Source: Cystobasidiomycetes sp. EMM_F5 (lineage: Eukaryota). Taken from it: a stretch of DNA of 33,066 bases. Made by a program: the position numbers and the translations under genes. Positions 21,988 through 33,066 of this stretch are shown here, piece after piece. Position 1 is the first letter of the stretch. The number at the start of each line of letters is the position of its first letter. Below the pieces are notes generated by a model, which saw only the letters and a list, made by a program, of their open reading frames with translations, made no database searches and was not told the origin of the DNA. Location of the stretch: the NCBI GenBank assembly GCA_051047955.1, contig JBPGPT010000003.1, positions 806,001 through 839,066 of the forward strand, in the 5' to 3' direction.

Positions 21988-24500
21988 ATGCACTCCCCAA
22001 TCCTGGACAACACCGCACCCAGTATTGTTGCACTACCTGAACCGTACTGGGCATCCAAACCATCTGTAACGGCTATAAAACCAGAGTGCGAATCTGTTCC
22101 AGAGGGCGGTATCGCTAAGAAAAACCTGCTGAATAGGGAGTATTACTAGATTCGTGCTATGGAACGAGGTGCAGAGGTCACACCTCGGTACAAGCGCACC
22201 GTTGTCCACTCCCGTTGATTTTGACGACGAGGCCGAAAGTCGAACAGGACCTAGTGCTAATGGTACACTGGCTGCCCAGCCTCGCGGGAGCGCGCAGGAA
22301 CCTCCGCGAAAGCGAGTCAAGGGCTCCAATAAAGGACGTCAATTTGCCCGTATGCAAGACGAAGGTGTCAAGCTGTGTTTTTCTACCGGAAAGGGCGAAG
22401 CGTGCGCCAAACAGGCTCGAGGTGAGGAGTGTCTCAATAGCCACGACTTGAAGAAGTACCTCAACGAGAACAAAGATGAAGATATAAGCGTCGACGTTCG
22501 CAAACCCTCGGAGCACGAAGACGCCGTGCAATGCAGAGTAAGCCCAATAACATTCTCGGCCTCCAGTGCTCATTGCTTTCTACATCCTCTCGCAGTTGTT
22601 CGACGCACTTGGAATGTGTCCATTTGGCTATCGTTGCCGTTTCATGAAGGCTCATCTCGAGACGCTTCCGGAAGGAACTGGGTTTCAAGGCCTGGGCCTG
22701 CAAATGCGGATTGACTATGCAAAATTGCGCTCCGTAGCACCACTGTCATCACGGGAAGCAGTCACTGATGCAGATCTCGTTCAATGGGCCTACGAAACGC
22801 GAGGCGAATTGAACGTAGTGACGCAAGACCGTATCGCCAGAATACGCCGAGAAAAGTTTGACAGCCTACCGATCACTCGGGCTTACTTGGGCAGTATCAA
22901 TGAGCCGCTCGATACGAGGGCCGACCCGGGATCTTTCAACCGAGGAAAGGGGCGTGGCCGAGGCGGTCGAGGTCGCGGACGAGGCGGAGCTCCTCGACCC
23001 AGTCGCGAATCGGATTCAGTCACGTTAGCAACCACTTCAGATACCCTCATCGGACAAACAGACGAGCATCAACAAGATGCTCAGCCATCAGAGCATTTCG
23101 CTCAAGTGATTGAGGGGAACAGTAGCTCACCACTCGAGGCAGTCTACGAGACTGTCGCATCTCCAGATGACCCCGATGTCCAGCTAAGGCACTTGGAAAA
23201 ACGGCGCCTGCGCTTTGAGGGTGGCATGTATCTAGCCCCGTTGACCACTGTCGGGAATCTGCCTTTCCGAAGGCTTTGCACACAGTACGGAGCCGATATC
23301 ACCTGCGGTGAGATGGGTCTCTCGCAGGAGTATATGGTTGGTAATAAGGGCGAATGGTCATTAGTACGACGCCATCCAAGCGAACGCACATTCGGCATCC
23401 AGGTATGCGGCAGTCGACCTCAGACTATGGTCGCAGCAACCGAAATGCTACAGCGCGAATGCCCATCCCTTGATTTCATCGATGTGAATCTTGGATGTCC
23501 CATAGACCTCGTTGTGCGCAAGGGCGGTGGATCCGCGCTTCTGGATCACTCCGCCAAACTCGGTAGAATCTTGAAGGGCATGAGCTATGCATCGGGTGAC
23601 ACACCTATAACTATCAAGATGCGTACCGGCGTTAAAACCGGTGTCAACACCACGCATAAACAAATGCCGAAAGTTGTCCGTGAATGGGGCGTAGGTGCGG
23701 TCACGGTAAGCTTTAAGTACCGAGCTTTAATGTGTGTACTGCTAAAACTTTGTGACACTTTAGATACATGGCCGAACACAACAACAAAGATACTCGAAGT
23801 CTGCTGACTATGACTACATCAAAACATGCGTAGATACGCTCCGCCAGACTGCGGAGGAAATAGACGTTCCTTCGATTCCTATCTTCGGCAACGGCGACGC
23901 GTACGATTATAGAGAGTATTGGCAGCATGTCGAGGAAACCGGAGTGGATGGAATCATGGTCGCTCGCGGCGCTCTCATTAAACCCTGGATATTTACCGAG
24001 CTGAAGGAGCGACGCGACATTGACATTTCATCTCGGGAACGCTTGGATATGATTGGCCAATTGGCCAGCTACGGGCTCGAACACTGGGGTAGCGACACTG
24101 CCGGTCTCAACACTGCCCGTCGGTTTCTTTGCGAGTCCCTGTCCTTCATGCATCGCTACGTTCCGGTTGGATTACTCGAGCGACTTCCTGCCAGAATGAA
24201 TGATCGCCCGTATCCATATCGAGGAAGGAATGAGCTAGAAGTACGTTGCGCAGTGCTTCGTAAGCTGCCGTACAGGTGCTTACCATTGATTTTCTGTCAT
24301 TGCCATGACTAGACACTACTGGCCAGTGATAATTCAGAAGATTGGGTGAAGATCAGCTCAATGTTCCTTGGGCCCCCTCGTGAGCGATGTGGATCACCGA
24401 TTTTCTTCCCGCATGTTGACTTTGCGCTTCAGCTGTCGAATTCTCGTTCATTCCGAAACACAAGGCAAATGCAATAGGCAAGGAGGAAAGCAATGGCTAG
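21988..24500 (+). CDS. DUS3: tRNA-dihydrouridine(47) synthase 3, multi-exon
   Basis: AIKPEF N-terminal motif; two CCCH-like fingers; [66 protein letters not shown]-terminal [13 protein letters not shown]. Confidence 0.97.
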
Positions 24501-24541
24501 CCAGTTACATGCTCAAAGAACAGTATTCATAACTGACACCA

Positions 24542-26393
24542 TCATGAGGAGAGTGCGCCATAATCAGGAGGCGGTCTCAGGCTGTTTGACTGCTCTGCCA
24601 GTGAACGTGTTTCCATGGGCGGTATGCTCACCAATTTGATGGGAATGGAAACCAGTCGATCCTGCACGCGATTGATGTTACTACTGCTGACCAGGTTGCA
24701 TACAAGCCAATACTAAAGTCGTATCAGCTTTATCCACCTTGCTGTTGAAAAGCCTTACCGTTACGTTCACAATGTGAGTGTGGAAGGTCACGCTCGGGGC
24801 CGAGCGGAGCTTCATGCTGCCCTTGAGCTGGAGGGCGTTGGTATCCGATCTTTCAGGATCTAAAATCGTGATGCCATGTGCAACGGCAATTTCCTGCGAT
24901 CCCACTGCACCCTGAGCAGCTGACAGAGACTTTGAGATCTACCGTTGCTTGTGCGGATCAAACATCTAACATACTTGCACGGGTCCTCTGGAGCAGTAGT
25001 ACGGATATGTTTTCAGGACCAAACAAGACCAGGGTACTAGGTGCGGCTGCAATCTGGATGTAATAAGGCAACGTTTCGATTTCTACCACAGATATAAGTC
25101 TGCAGAGCGTAACAAGCCCGGGATAAATTGTCTCACTGCCGAATACGCTGGGCTTTGGGATGAGGATTCTGAAACTGTAATTTGCTTGCTTATTCCCGAA
25201 AAGACCACTTTTCAGTATCTTGTTCTCCGAGATCTGTTGCCAAGAGTCGCCTGCGTCATTCGGAGCCGCTAGATTGCCATCACACAGGATCGCGTGGCGT
25301 CGTGGCTCAGAAAGAAACGACAGGCTAAGCTGTCGCGGCAAATATATAATTGGGGCAAGCAGGCGTTCATTAGACTTCAAAAGTCCTCTTCGTGCAAGGG
25401 TGACTTTGACCACACTGGTATAGCATTAGCTTGATTGCTGGAGCATCTGCCAGTCGGCATGTCACATACTATCGAATCGAAGCCGAGAATACCCCGCCAA
25501 CCGTCACATTTTCCGCCGATGCGAAGCTGGGCGGCATAGCGACTAGCACGATGCTTGTCAGTACTACAAAACTCTGGATTAGCGCCTGCCAACCCACCGG
25601 TCTGTGGTAGCCTTGCTGAGGGTGAAGTTTCTTCAGGGATCGTGACGGTGAATGGGAAGACACATTCTTGCGATTGCTGAGCTGTCAGTGCTTCGCTAGC
25701 TGTCCAGAGGGTTACAGAATCCTGCCAGAATTCGACTGAACAATCGTCAAATCCGATTGCGCTCGACTTGGGGGATATGGTCGTTTGCGCAGACTGCTGT
25801 AGCTCACCTTCGTCCGAAATGACTTTGTACACTTGACCGCGTTGCGGTCGTAGGACATGTGTGGTCATCAGCCCTACGGTCTGGGAATTTTAGCGCATCT
25901 CGATTCTACAGACTGCTAGACATTCACCCATGACCCGCAAGCGGAGACTCTCAGCCGATTTTTCATACCCCTGTAAACGTAACACGACTTTGCCGGAAAT
26001 AGTGGAACATGCCGATTGTACGTAGATAGGATGGCTGCGTGATCCTAAGCTGTCGAGAAGGAGTTCAAGCCTTTTATTCGGACTGTCGATTGCGTGGCGA
26101 TACTTCTGAATGAGACCGGCATCTCGAGGAGCGTAATGGGGCAGAGACTCTGTAGAATTAACAAGCGAGCTCGTTCCTCGAAGAGCGAAGCCTGGATTGA
26201 TTCCTGTCGAGCTCGAAAAACGCGATTCGAACGTGGTGCCAACACCTTCGTTTAATAGAGTGGCAGCGGCGTCAGCGGTCGCAGGACGGAGTTCCGAAGA
26301 AACGGTGCGCAAGCTGTATGACTGTGTGATGTGCGATGGAGCTGGTCCAAGTTCGCGATAAGTACCGCCTCGTGGTGGTGGTAATAGACTCAT
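24542..26393 (-). CDS. Alpha-arrestin / arrestin-related trafficking adaptor, multi-exon
   Basis: TISGKVVL..SLRLRVMG; FPFTVTIP; MPPSF; SIRYVVKVTLARRGLLKSNERL; PY motifs LPHY (N-terminal) and PPDY (C-terminal, just before TGA at 24544-24542). Confidence 0.82.
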
Positions 26394-26692
26394 CACGGCA
26401 AGGCGCCGGCGTTATATTCGCTGATATGGAGCAGCCAGGACGGTCATTCTTTTGAGAGGTTGTGTCAGGTTTGCATCCAATGTCATAAATGTGTCAAGCT
26501 TTTCATGAAATGCTTGCACGCTGCACTGACAGCTGCATAGGGGCTGATCGCGCGCGACACCGTGACCAATTCATACGTATGATGTATCGTATATAATTGC
26601 TGCAATTACAACCGGCCAGTACAAGCGTCATCACAAGATTCTAGAGACAATGTTATAATCTGGATGTGACAATCATGACACTACAGCGGCAC

Positions 26693-28291
26693 TCAGAAAA
26701 ACAGGATGGTACGTATCTCGCAACTTTCGCGCATAGGCGCCTCTGGAGACGATGTTGGATCGATGAACGCTGTATGACCCACAAACCTCGCCGTTCCGTC
26801 AGTAGCGCTATCGTATGTCTTCAAGAGAATCACTTGATCTGGCTTCATCCTGGGAAAGTAGTACCATTTCTGCGATTCGGAATACCTCAAGACATAGTTT
26901 TCTCCTATTCGGTCACGATAGTGGAGATAGAGTTTCAAAAAGTCGGCATCTGGAGAGCTGGTAGCATCGCACATCGCAAGCGGGCGTTCCTCCACGACTC
27001 TCCGAATCGGTTTCCAGACGTTGATAAAAGCGGCTCGGGCCTTGAGTAACTCTTCAGCTTCGTCGCCCAGTAACTGTCTGATGCGAGTCGGTCCAGATTC
27101 TGCTGTGTAATCGCAGTGCACCAGAAGTACGGGGCTTCTCTGGGTTGTATCCGTTTCCTGTGTGAGCTTTTTGACCTCGTTGCGGGCTGCTCGTATAGTA
27201 TGGTCGAAAACGAGGACCCGCCTAGCGCCTGTTGCTGCTTTAAGGAACTGGACGACTTCTGGGTAGAAGTGGGCCTTTACTTTTTCTACGCTCTCCCAAT
27301 CGTCGAACTTCGTTGCAAAGTTCTTCAAAGCGAAGCCTTCCCTATCTACCGAAAAATTCGCTGCTTGTGGCCAGCCATTGTGAATTGTCTGTTGTACGGC
27401 GTGGTCACCGGGTGCTCGCACTTTATCGGCTTTGGGATCGTCGTAGAAGTACAGAGTCGGTGGATCATCTATTATGTCTTTGGTGTAATTAAAGACGGCT
27501 TGCACTGAGTCGCTGTTACCAAAGTGTGGCCCGTTGCCTGCTGATATAATCGATATGGGTATATCAGCGGCAAAAGGCCTGTTACAGTCTGGCACAAGGC
27601 ACATCACGTCCTGTAGAGTATCGGTCCAGGCTTTGATATTTTCCATTTCCTCTTTCTGCCAGCGGAGAAGATGTGGATAGGTCTGCAATGGGAGTTTGCT
27701 TTCGGCATACAGATGCATAGGAGCAGCTACGGCAATGTCTGCGATAGTGACATGGTTGCCTGTGAGGAATCTTCTGCCGGCAAGCTGATCATCAAGAATC
27801 TTGCATAATCGATGCATCCGCGGAGCTTCACCTTCGACAATAGATTGGTCAGGCTGGGCTTTCAATAGAGGCTTGACAACGTGTTCGACCAGGTAGACGT
27901 AGCATGATGCAAACCAAACCGAAGACTCCCATAAAAGCCACCTGTTCACTTGGGCTCTAGCTAGTAGATCTTTGGGATAGAAAGCCTCGTCATTTTGTAG
28001 ATCAGCAGCGTATTGCAGGATTGCGTTGGACTCGGTGATTGCCTGTTGATCTCCTGGAATGATTGCGAACGGGAGTGTGGCACACGGGTTCAACTTGACG
28101 TATTCTTGCTTTTTCTGCTCGGCGGTGAAATAATCGACCTTGACCAATTCGTATGGCACTTGCATCATCTGTAGACCACCCAATACCTTGTGACTGCAGG
28201 AATCTCAATCGCCAATGGGAGATGACGGAAAGCAGCGCACATACCAATTAACGGTACATGGATCGTCGTAGACTATCATTTTCTGGGACAT
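26693..28291 (-). CDS. Fusion of glutathione S-transferase (N and C domains) and AsaB/CmcJ/NvfI-like Fe(II)/2-oxoglutarate oxygenase, 515 aa; exons 28291-28245, 28193-26693
   Basis: GST part: MSQKMIVYDDPCTVNCHKVL, LNPCATLP, ITESNAILQY, FLTGNHVTIADIA. Oxygenase part: SVDREGF, FYPEV, VFDHTIR, VHCDYT, FINVWKPI, PLAMCDA, WYYFPRM, GHTAFIDP, RESCEIR. The two domains are joined in a stop-free 1.5-kb stretch. Confidence 0.9.
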
Positions 28292-29039
28292 TGCTGTGGC
28301 TTGCAGAGGGCGAATGTAAAGGTACGATGAATTACTTTTGGGTTACATGAAGGCAAAGAACCAAGCCCATCGCTGCTCCAAGAGCCGTTGGCTGGATCCG
28401 TTTGCGGAGACGCCTGTTCCCGCGCGGGCCGCAAGCGACTGTCAAATGACCTACGACGATGCCCGCGCAGTCGAGCCACGAATATCTGGGAAGCGAGCAG
28501 TGGCTCAATCGACCGTGATTCTCGACGTTACATCACCTTCATCTTTTTGGCAGCGCGCGTTTGTCATGAGCATGATCACGGTCACGAGATAGATGGAGAC
28601 GGGTGGCGAGATTATGTAGCGTACCGCACTGACAACGACCTGTGCGATGTAGTATAGAAACTGATGCCGTAACTGTGTTGAGTTACCGCTTCTTTCGATA
28701 GGGGCACGGCTTTGACTGCAAGGCGGGAGATTCGGTCATGAATAACATTCAGCGCGGCATGCCATGATTTGAGGTGAGATAGCAAGTAGCGGGCGTAACA
28801 GCATCCGCGTCGCGAAGTCTCAGTATGTGAGCAGAAAAAGGACATATAGCAGCAGCAGACCAGCCTTAATTCCACGAGGTCGCGTACGGCGGGTGTAAGT
28901 GATTGATGAAGTCTCACTAGCTCGCCCCGGACACGGCCTCCCAGTGATACATTTATTACGACATGAGGGTAGCGATTTGTAAACGTGAAGAACGCAAGTC
29001 GCGCATTTAATGCACTGTGCAGCGCAAATCATATTTGAA

Positions 29040-31220
29040 CTAAGTGCGATAGAACCAGTCTTGACGAAGTGGCATGGGTGTATAACTGAAGCCATACGGA
29101 TAGCCATACTCCTGAGGCAACATTTGAGCGCCATGCCAATCTTGGTCGTATGAGCCCTCGGGTGGAGGAATTTGGCTGAAGACCAATGGGTGAGGCTGAA
29201 AGTAAGTGGTGCCGTTGATTTCTTGTGGTTCGTAAGCTGTATAGGAGGAGCTATGTGTGGAAATAAATACAGGCGGTATCGATGAGAGACTGCTCGGGGC
29301 GATGGACCGATCGCGATCATGAGGGGAATACGGAGGAGAATCGTAGGGCTGGATGAGGCCGGATGGCATATTTCTCAATGCTTGAGCGGACTGGAGACCA
29401 TACAGCGGAGAAAGCACACTGCTGGTCGCGCCATACCGAAGAGCCGCACAGGGGTTTCCAGCGGGTAATCCGGATTTGTGGGAAGGCTGACGAAGTAGTT
29501 GAGACTGTTCAGACACGTTGAGAAGAGAGATATTATCGCGACTCGGCAGGTCTATGGTAGGTGTGCTGCTGCTGCCATACAGAGCATTCATTGGCTGGAT
29601 GCCCGAATTCGGATGGGAGTACTTGGCAACGTTACGGGACAGAGCCTCGAAATGATGAGCCAACGTAGAAGGCGAGGGCGCTTCGCTCGAGTACGCAAGC
29701 GGAAATGCCGGTACAATACTCTCTGACGCTTGAACAACTGTTACTGCATCAGGATGCGCCAAAAGTAGCTCACGTGCAGTGACATCTGCAGTCTCTTCGA
29801 CCTGGATGGCTGCTGGAGCAGACAAATTCCTTGAGAGAGGGGGTCGAGCGACCGATACTTCGGCAGTACTGTGTTGATGGACAATAGATTGTACCGCAGG
29901 TGCACGGAAGGCCTGCGCACGATGCACGTTAACTGCAATATCGGGAGCAGGCGCCCAAGACGGCGCGGGACGTATGGACGATGTTGACCTGCGCTGGGAG
30001 GCGAGATCCAGTGACAGCGATAATTCAACGACACCACATTTTTGACGGTACTTCCATCTAGATGTTCCGTTCCGAGAAAGTTTACCCAGACCAGGAAGGG
30101 GGCGGAACGATATGCGCAAAGTCATGACGGCTGTGGCGGAGCGCAACAGCGTATCAAATCTTGACAACGTGCGCGATCCGGGCTCATTGTACAGCTCCCG
30201 CAAGTCACTGCTAGCCGTGCTAGCAAATGCGGCCGACAAACCGTGAAGAGCGGTACATTCAGAATGTGGAACTTTCCGAGCCTCAGCCTGCCCGATAGAG
30301 TGATCTGAGCCGTTTCTCTCTCGGTTGACACCACCAATGCACGATCTTATTGTATCTTGTGCCTCGTAGGTCGTCTTGGAAACAGTAAGCCCTGACTCTA
30401 GAATTTGAGGGTTGAGTGTAGATTGTGATCTATATGCGACAGCAGTGTCGTCATTGTCATCATCCTCGTACCATGCCGAAGTCGAGGGCGTCTCGCTAGA
30501 GACAGCAGCAGATGCTGAAGTGGAAGCTCGGCTGGTAAATGTGAGTGCTCTGGAGCTAGATCGAGAAGACGACTGAGCAGATGGCGAACACTCCAGTTGT
30601 GTGAAATTTCCCCGGGATTCTTCACGAGCTGACAATGACGTTGCGCCGGTGGAACGGGCATGATGGATTGAACCAGTGACACCGGCATGGCTGCGTCCGT
30701 GCAGGGGTTGTTCGGCAGGCTTGATTTGTCGATCTTGTGCATTTTCGGCGACGGCTTCTGCCTTGACAAGCCTCCGCCTCTGATTCTTGAGCTGCCGTTT
30801 CAGACGCTTGTGTTCTGCCTTCTTGTCTGGTTCAAAAGCGCTGGTAATTGTAGTGTTTGCCACATCAATGGGTTGCGCACTCTGGTGCTGGCAGATGATG
30901 GAAACAGATGAGCGGCCAAATACGGTCAATATGAATGAGCGTTCTCCCACCACAAGTTTTACCGACGGAGCGACGCTTGTCCCTTGAGCACTCGCTACAT
31001 CCCTTTGCAATCTGCCAGTGGCGCTGGTCGATTCGGTAGGTGCGCCAGACAAGACGCTGTCATGTGTACTGACGCGGTCATCGACAGCCTTGATCTTTGT
31101 ATGCTGAGCTTGTTGCTGCTGCTGCTGCTGAATGAACTTGTACTTTGGCAGCCAGACTCGTTTCGCCTTCTTTCCTACAGGTTGCTGATTCGACGTAAAC
31201 TGAGTGGGTTGCTGGCTCAT
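29040..31220 (-). CDS. Low-complexity hypothetical protein (about 700 aa), probably with an in-frame 75-nt intron at 30888-30962
   Basis: 726-codon ORF with polyQ, a basic helix (KRLKRQLKNQRRR), S-rich linkers and a P/Y/Q-rich C-terminus. No family recognised. Confidence 0.75.
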   Translation of the reverse strand: MSQQPTQFTSNQQPVGKKAKRVWLPKYKFIQQQQQQQAQHTKIKAVDDRVSTHDSVLSGAPTESTSATGRLQRDVASAQGTSVAPSVKLVVGERSFILTVFGRSSVSIICQHQSAQPIDVANTTITSAFEPDKKAEHKRLKRQLKNQRRRLVKAEAVAENAQDRQIKPAEQPLHGRSHAGVTGSIHHARSTGATSLSAREESRGNFTQLECSPSAQSSSRSSSRALTFTSRASTSASAAVSSETPSTSAWYEDDDNDDTAVAYRSQSTLNPQILESGLTVSKTTYEAQDTIRSCIGGVNRERNGSDHSIGQAEARKVPHSECTALHGLSAAFASTASSDLRELYNEPGSRTLSRFDTLLRSATAVMTLRISFRPLPGLGKLSRNGTSRWKYRQKCGVVELSLSLDLASQRRSTSSIRPAPSWAPAPDIAVNVHRAQAFRAPAVQSIVHQHSTAEVSVARPPLSRNLSAPAAIQVEETADVTARELLLAHPDAVTVVQASESIVPAFPLAYSSEAPSPSTLAHHFEALSRNVAKYSHPNSGIQPMNALYGSSSTPTIDLPSRDNISLLNVSEQSQLLRQPSHKSGLPAGNPCAALRYGATSSVLSPLYGLQSAQALRNMPSGLIQPYDSPPYSPHDRDRSIAPSSLSSIPPVFISTHSSSYTAYEPQEINGTTYFQPHPLVFSQIPPPEGSYDQDWHGAQMLPQEYGYPYGFSYTPMPLRQDWFYRT

Positions 31221-31935
31221 ATGGCGGGTGATAGACGTTGTTATACACAGCTCGATGTGCGTGGGACACAGAGGCTGCTAGCGCGGTGAGCGTTTGATAG
31301 GTAAGGTGGAATGGCTACTGCCCGAAATTCAGATTGAAAACCGAGAATTTGTCAGGAGTGGCGTTTATACGCAGGTTGCTTCAGGCTCAGCGACACGCTT
31401 TGCTCAGCTAGACGGAGGCTTCAACCCGGCTGTCACACCTGTCACTATCTGCTTTCTTCACTGTAAGCAAGCATCGCATTGTGTAAGTTGGGCTTTCAAG
31501 TTTGATTCTCACCGTGACGTCCTGTACATCACGCGGCCGGTCTACATAGTTCGTGACACTCGCAAGCCCTAATGAGATTGCCGTACCTACAGCCGACCAA
31601 CATTGCGGTGTCTCTCTTTCTGGAATATGGCCAGGCGTCACTGCAACTTGTGTTGCTAATGGGCAGCTCATCTCCGTCTGTATAACATACTAAGGTGTCA
31701 CGATGTTGTTCAGTAGGCAGATCAAACTTTATGCTCAGCACCAGATCAACAGAGCGGATGCGGCTTGCTGTCATCCTCTGCCTCTTTTTGTCCTGCGCGA
31801 CTTACTTGCCGCGTCTTCCCCCTGCTCACGTGTCACTTTGGCCATTTGCAAATCTCCGATTCGACGTTGCCTTTGACTCAACAGTCCGAACCTGTCCGCT
31901 CTCTGCGTCTCGCCAAGTCTACGCAAATTGCGACC

Positions 31936-33066
31936 ATGCAGACTGAGCAATACGCACCTGAGAAACACGCTGGAAAGCATCCCAACGGTGATCACCATGG
32001 CCAAACTGTCGGCAATTTGCTGTCCAGCCAGGCCTGCATCAACCTTGAAGACGAGTATTCTGCACACAACTACCATCCGCTCCCGATAGTTCTGGCCAAG
32101 GGAAAAGGCGCCCACGTGTGGGATGTTGAAGGCAAAGTTGCCTACATTGACTGTCTGAGTGCCTATGGCGCGGTGAATCAGGGACACTGCCATCCCAAGA
32201 TCCTGGCTGCAATGTATGAGCAGTGTCAGCGTCTCACGCTGTCCAGTCGAGCGTTTCACAATGATATGCTAGGCGTCTATGCAGAGAAAATAACCAAACT
32301 GTTGGGGTAGGCAAGACACGATATGCGCAATGATAAACATCGCTAATTTATCAATCCTTGGGTTCTTCCAGTTTCGATATGGTGTTGCCTATGAACACAG
32401 GTGCTGAGGCTGTCGAAACTGCAATTAAGCTGGCTAGGAAATGGGCGTACCGCGTAAAGGGGGTTCCAACGAACAAGGCAATTGTTCTGAGCGTTACAGA
32501 AAACTTCCACGGCCGCACCATCGGCATTGTATCCATGTCGACAGATCCAGACGCGACAAACGAGTTTGGCCCATTCCTGTCAAGTGTTGGGCCATCGTGC
32601 CCCGTCAAGCCGGCTGAACGCCAGATTCGCTACAACAACGTCAACGATCTAGAGCAAGCCCTTGAGGCGCATGGCAAGAACGTGGCTGCTTTTCTTGTGG
32701 AACCTATTCAGGGCGAGGCGGGCATTATCATTCCCGATGAAGATTACCTCGAGCAATGCCAGGCTTTATGTCGCAAACACAATGTACTGCTCATTTGCGA
32801 CGAGATACAGAGTGGATTGGGTCGGACTGGAAAGATGTTGGTTGATCATACATCCGGCTTTGTTCTATGTAAGGCTGATCTCCGCCGACTCAGGCTGTGT
32901 TTCCAACACAACCCTCGTGTGCAGCCAGACATAGTGACCCTCGGCAAAGCCTTGTCAGGTGGTGTTTACCCTGTTTCGGCAGTCCTGGCCAATAAGGAGG
33001 TCATGCTTACGATCAGAGCGGGCGAGCACGGCTCCACTTACGGAGGTTGGTGTATGCTGGCGATAT
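31936..33066 (+). CDS. CAR2: Ornithine aminotransferase (class III PLP enzyme), 3'-truncated
   Basis: YSAHNYHPLP, YIDCLSAYGAVNQGHCHP, LTLSSRAF, LPMNTGAEAVETAIK, FHGRT, VEPIQGEAG, DEIQSGLGRTG, PLP-lysine LGKALSGG and GEHGSTYGG. Confidence 0.97.

Noticed and set aside
28292..29039. Short ORFs between the GST fusion and the orphan gene
   Set aside because: No recognisable protein or consistent splice model; treated as promoter and 3' UTR.
1..33066. CRISPR arrays, transposons, rRNA/snRNA genes or a secondary-metabolite cluster
   Set aside because: I saw no repeat-spacer structure, transposase/RT motifs, terminal repeats, snRNA signatures or PKS/NRPS/terpene synthase.

Overview
Compact, intron-rich eukaryotic DNA of roughly 50% GC. 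Short GT-AG introns with CTRAY-like branch points and the gene content point to a fungus, most likely a basidiomycete (inference). Manual splicing gives 16 protein-coding genes in this order: NoxA-type NADPH oxidase (5'-truncated), securin-like orphan, two-BIR Bir1/survivin, secreted orphan, GT15 mannosyltransferase, His-rich hydrophilic allergen-like protein, THO subunit Thoc7, a four-exon CENP-X/MHF2 gene absent from the ORF track, a SAM methyltransferase, TAF5, an Mhp1/PPP1R37-like LRR protein, DUS3, an alpha-arrestin, a GST fused to an AsaB/CmcJ-like Fe(II)/2OG oxygenase, a low-complexity orphan, and ornithine aminotransferase (3'-truncated). I recognised no tRNA, rRNA, snRNA, CRISPR array or transposon. 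The best leads are the GST-oxygenase fusion (nearly intronless, possibly horizontally acquired), the candidate securin, a PAM2 motif in the Thoc7 tail and the hidden CENP-X gene on a 79-bp bidirectional spacer. All family calls come from motif recognition by eye, not database searches.
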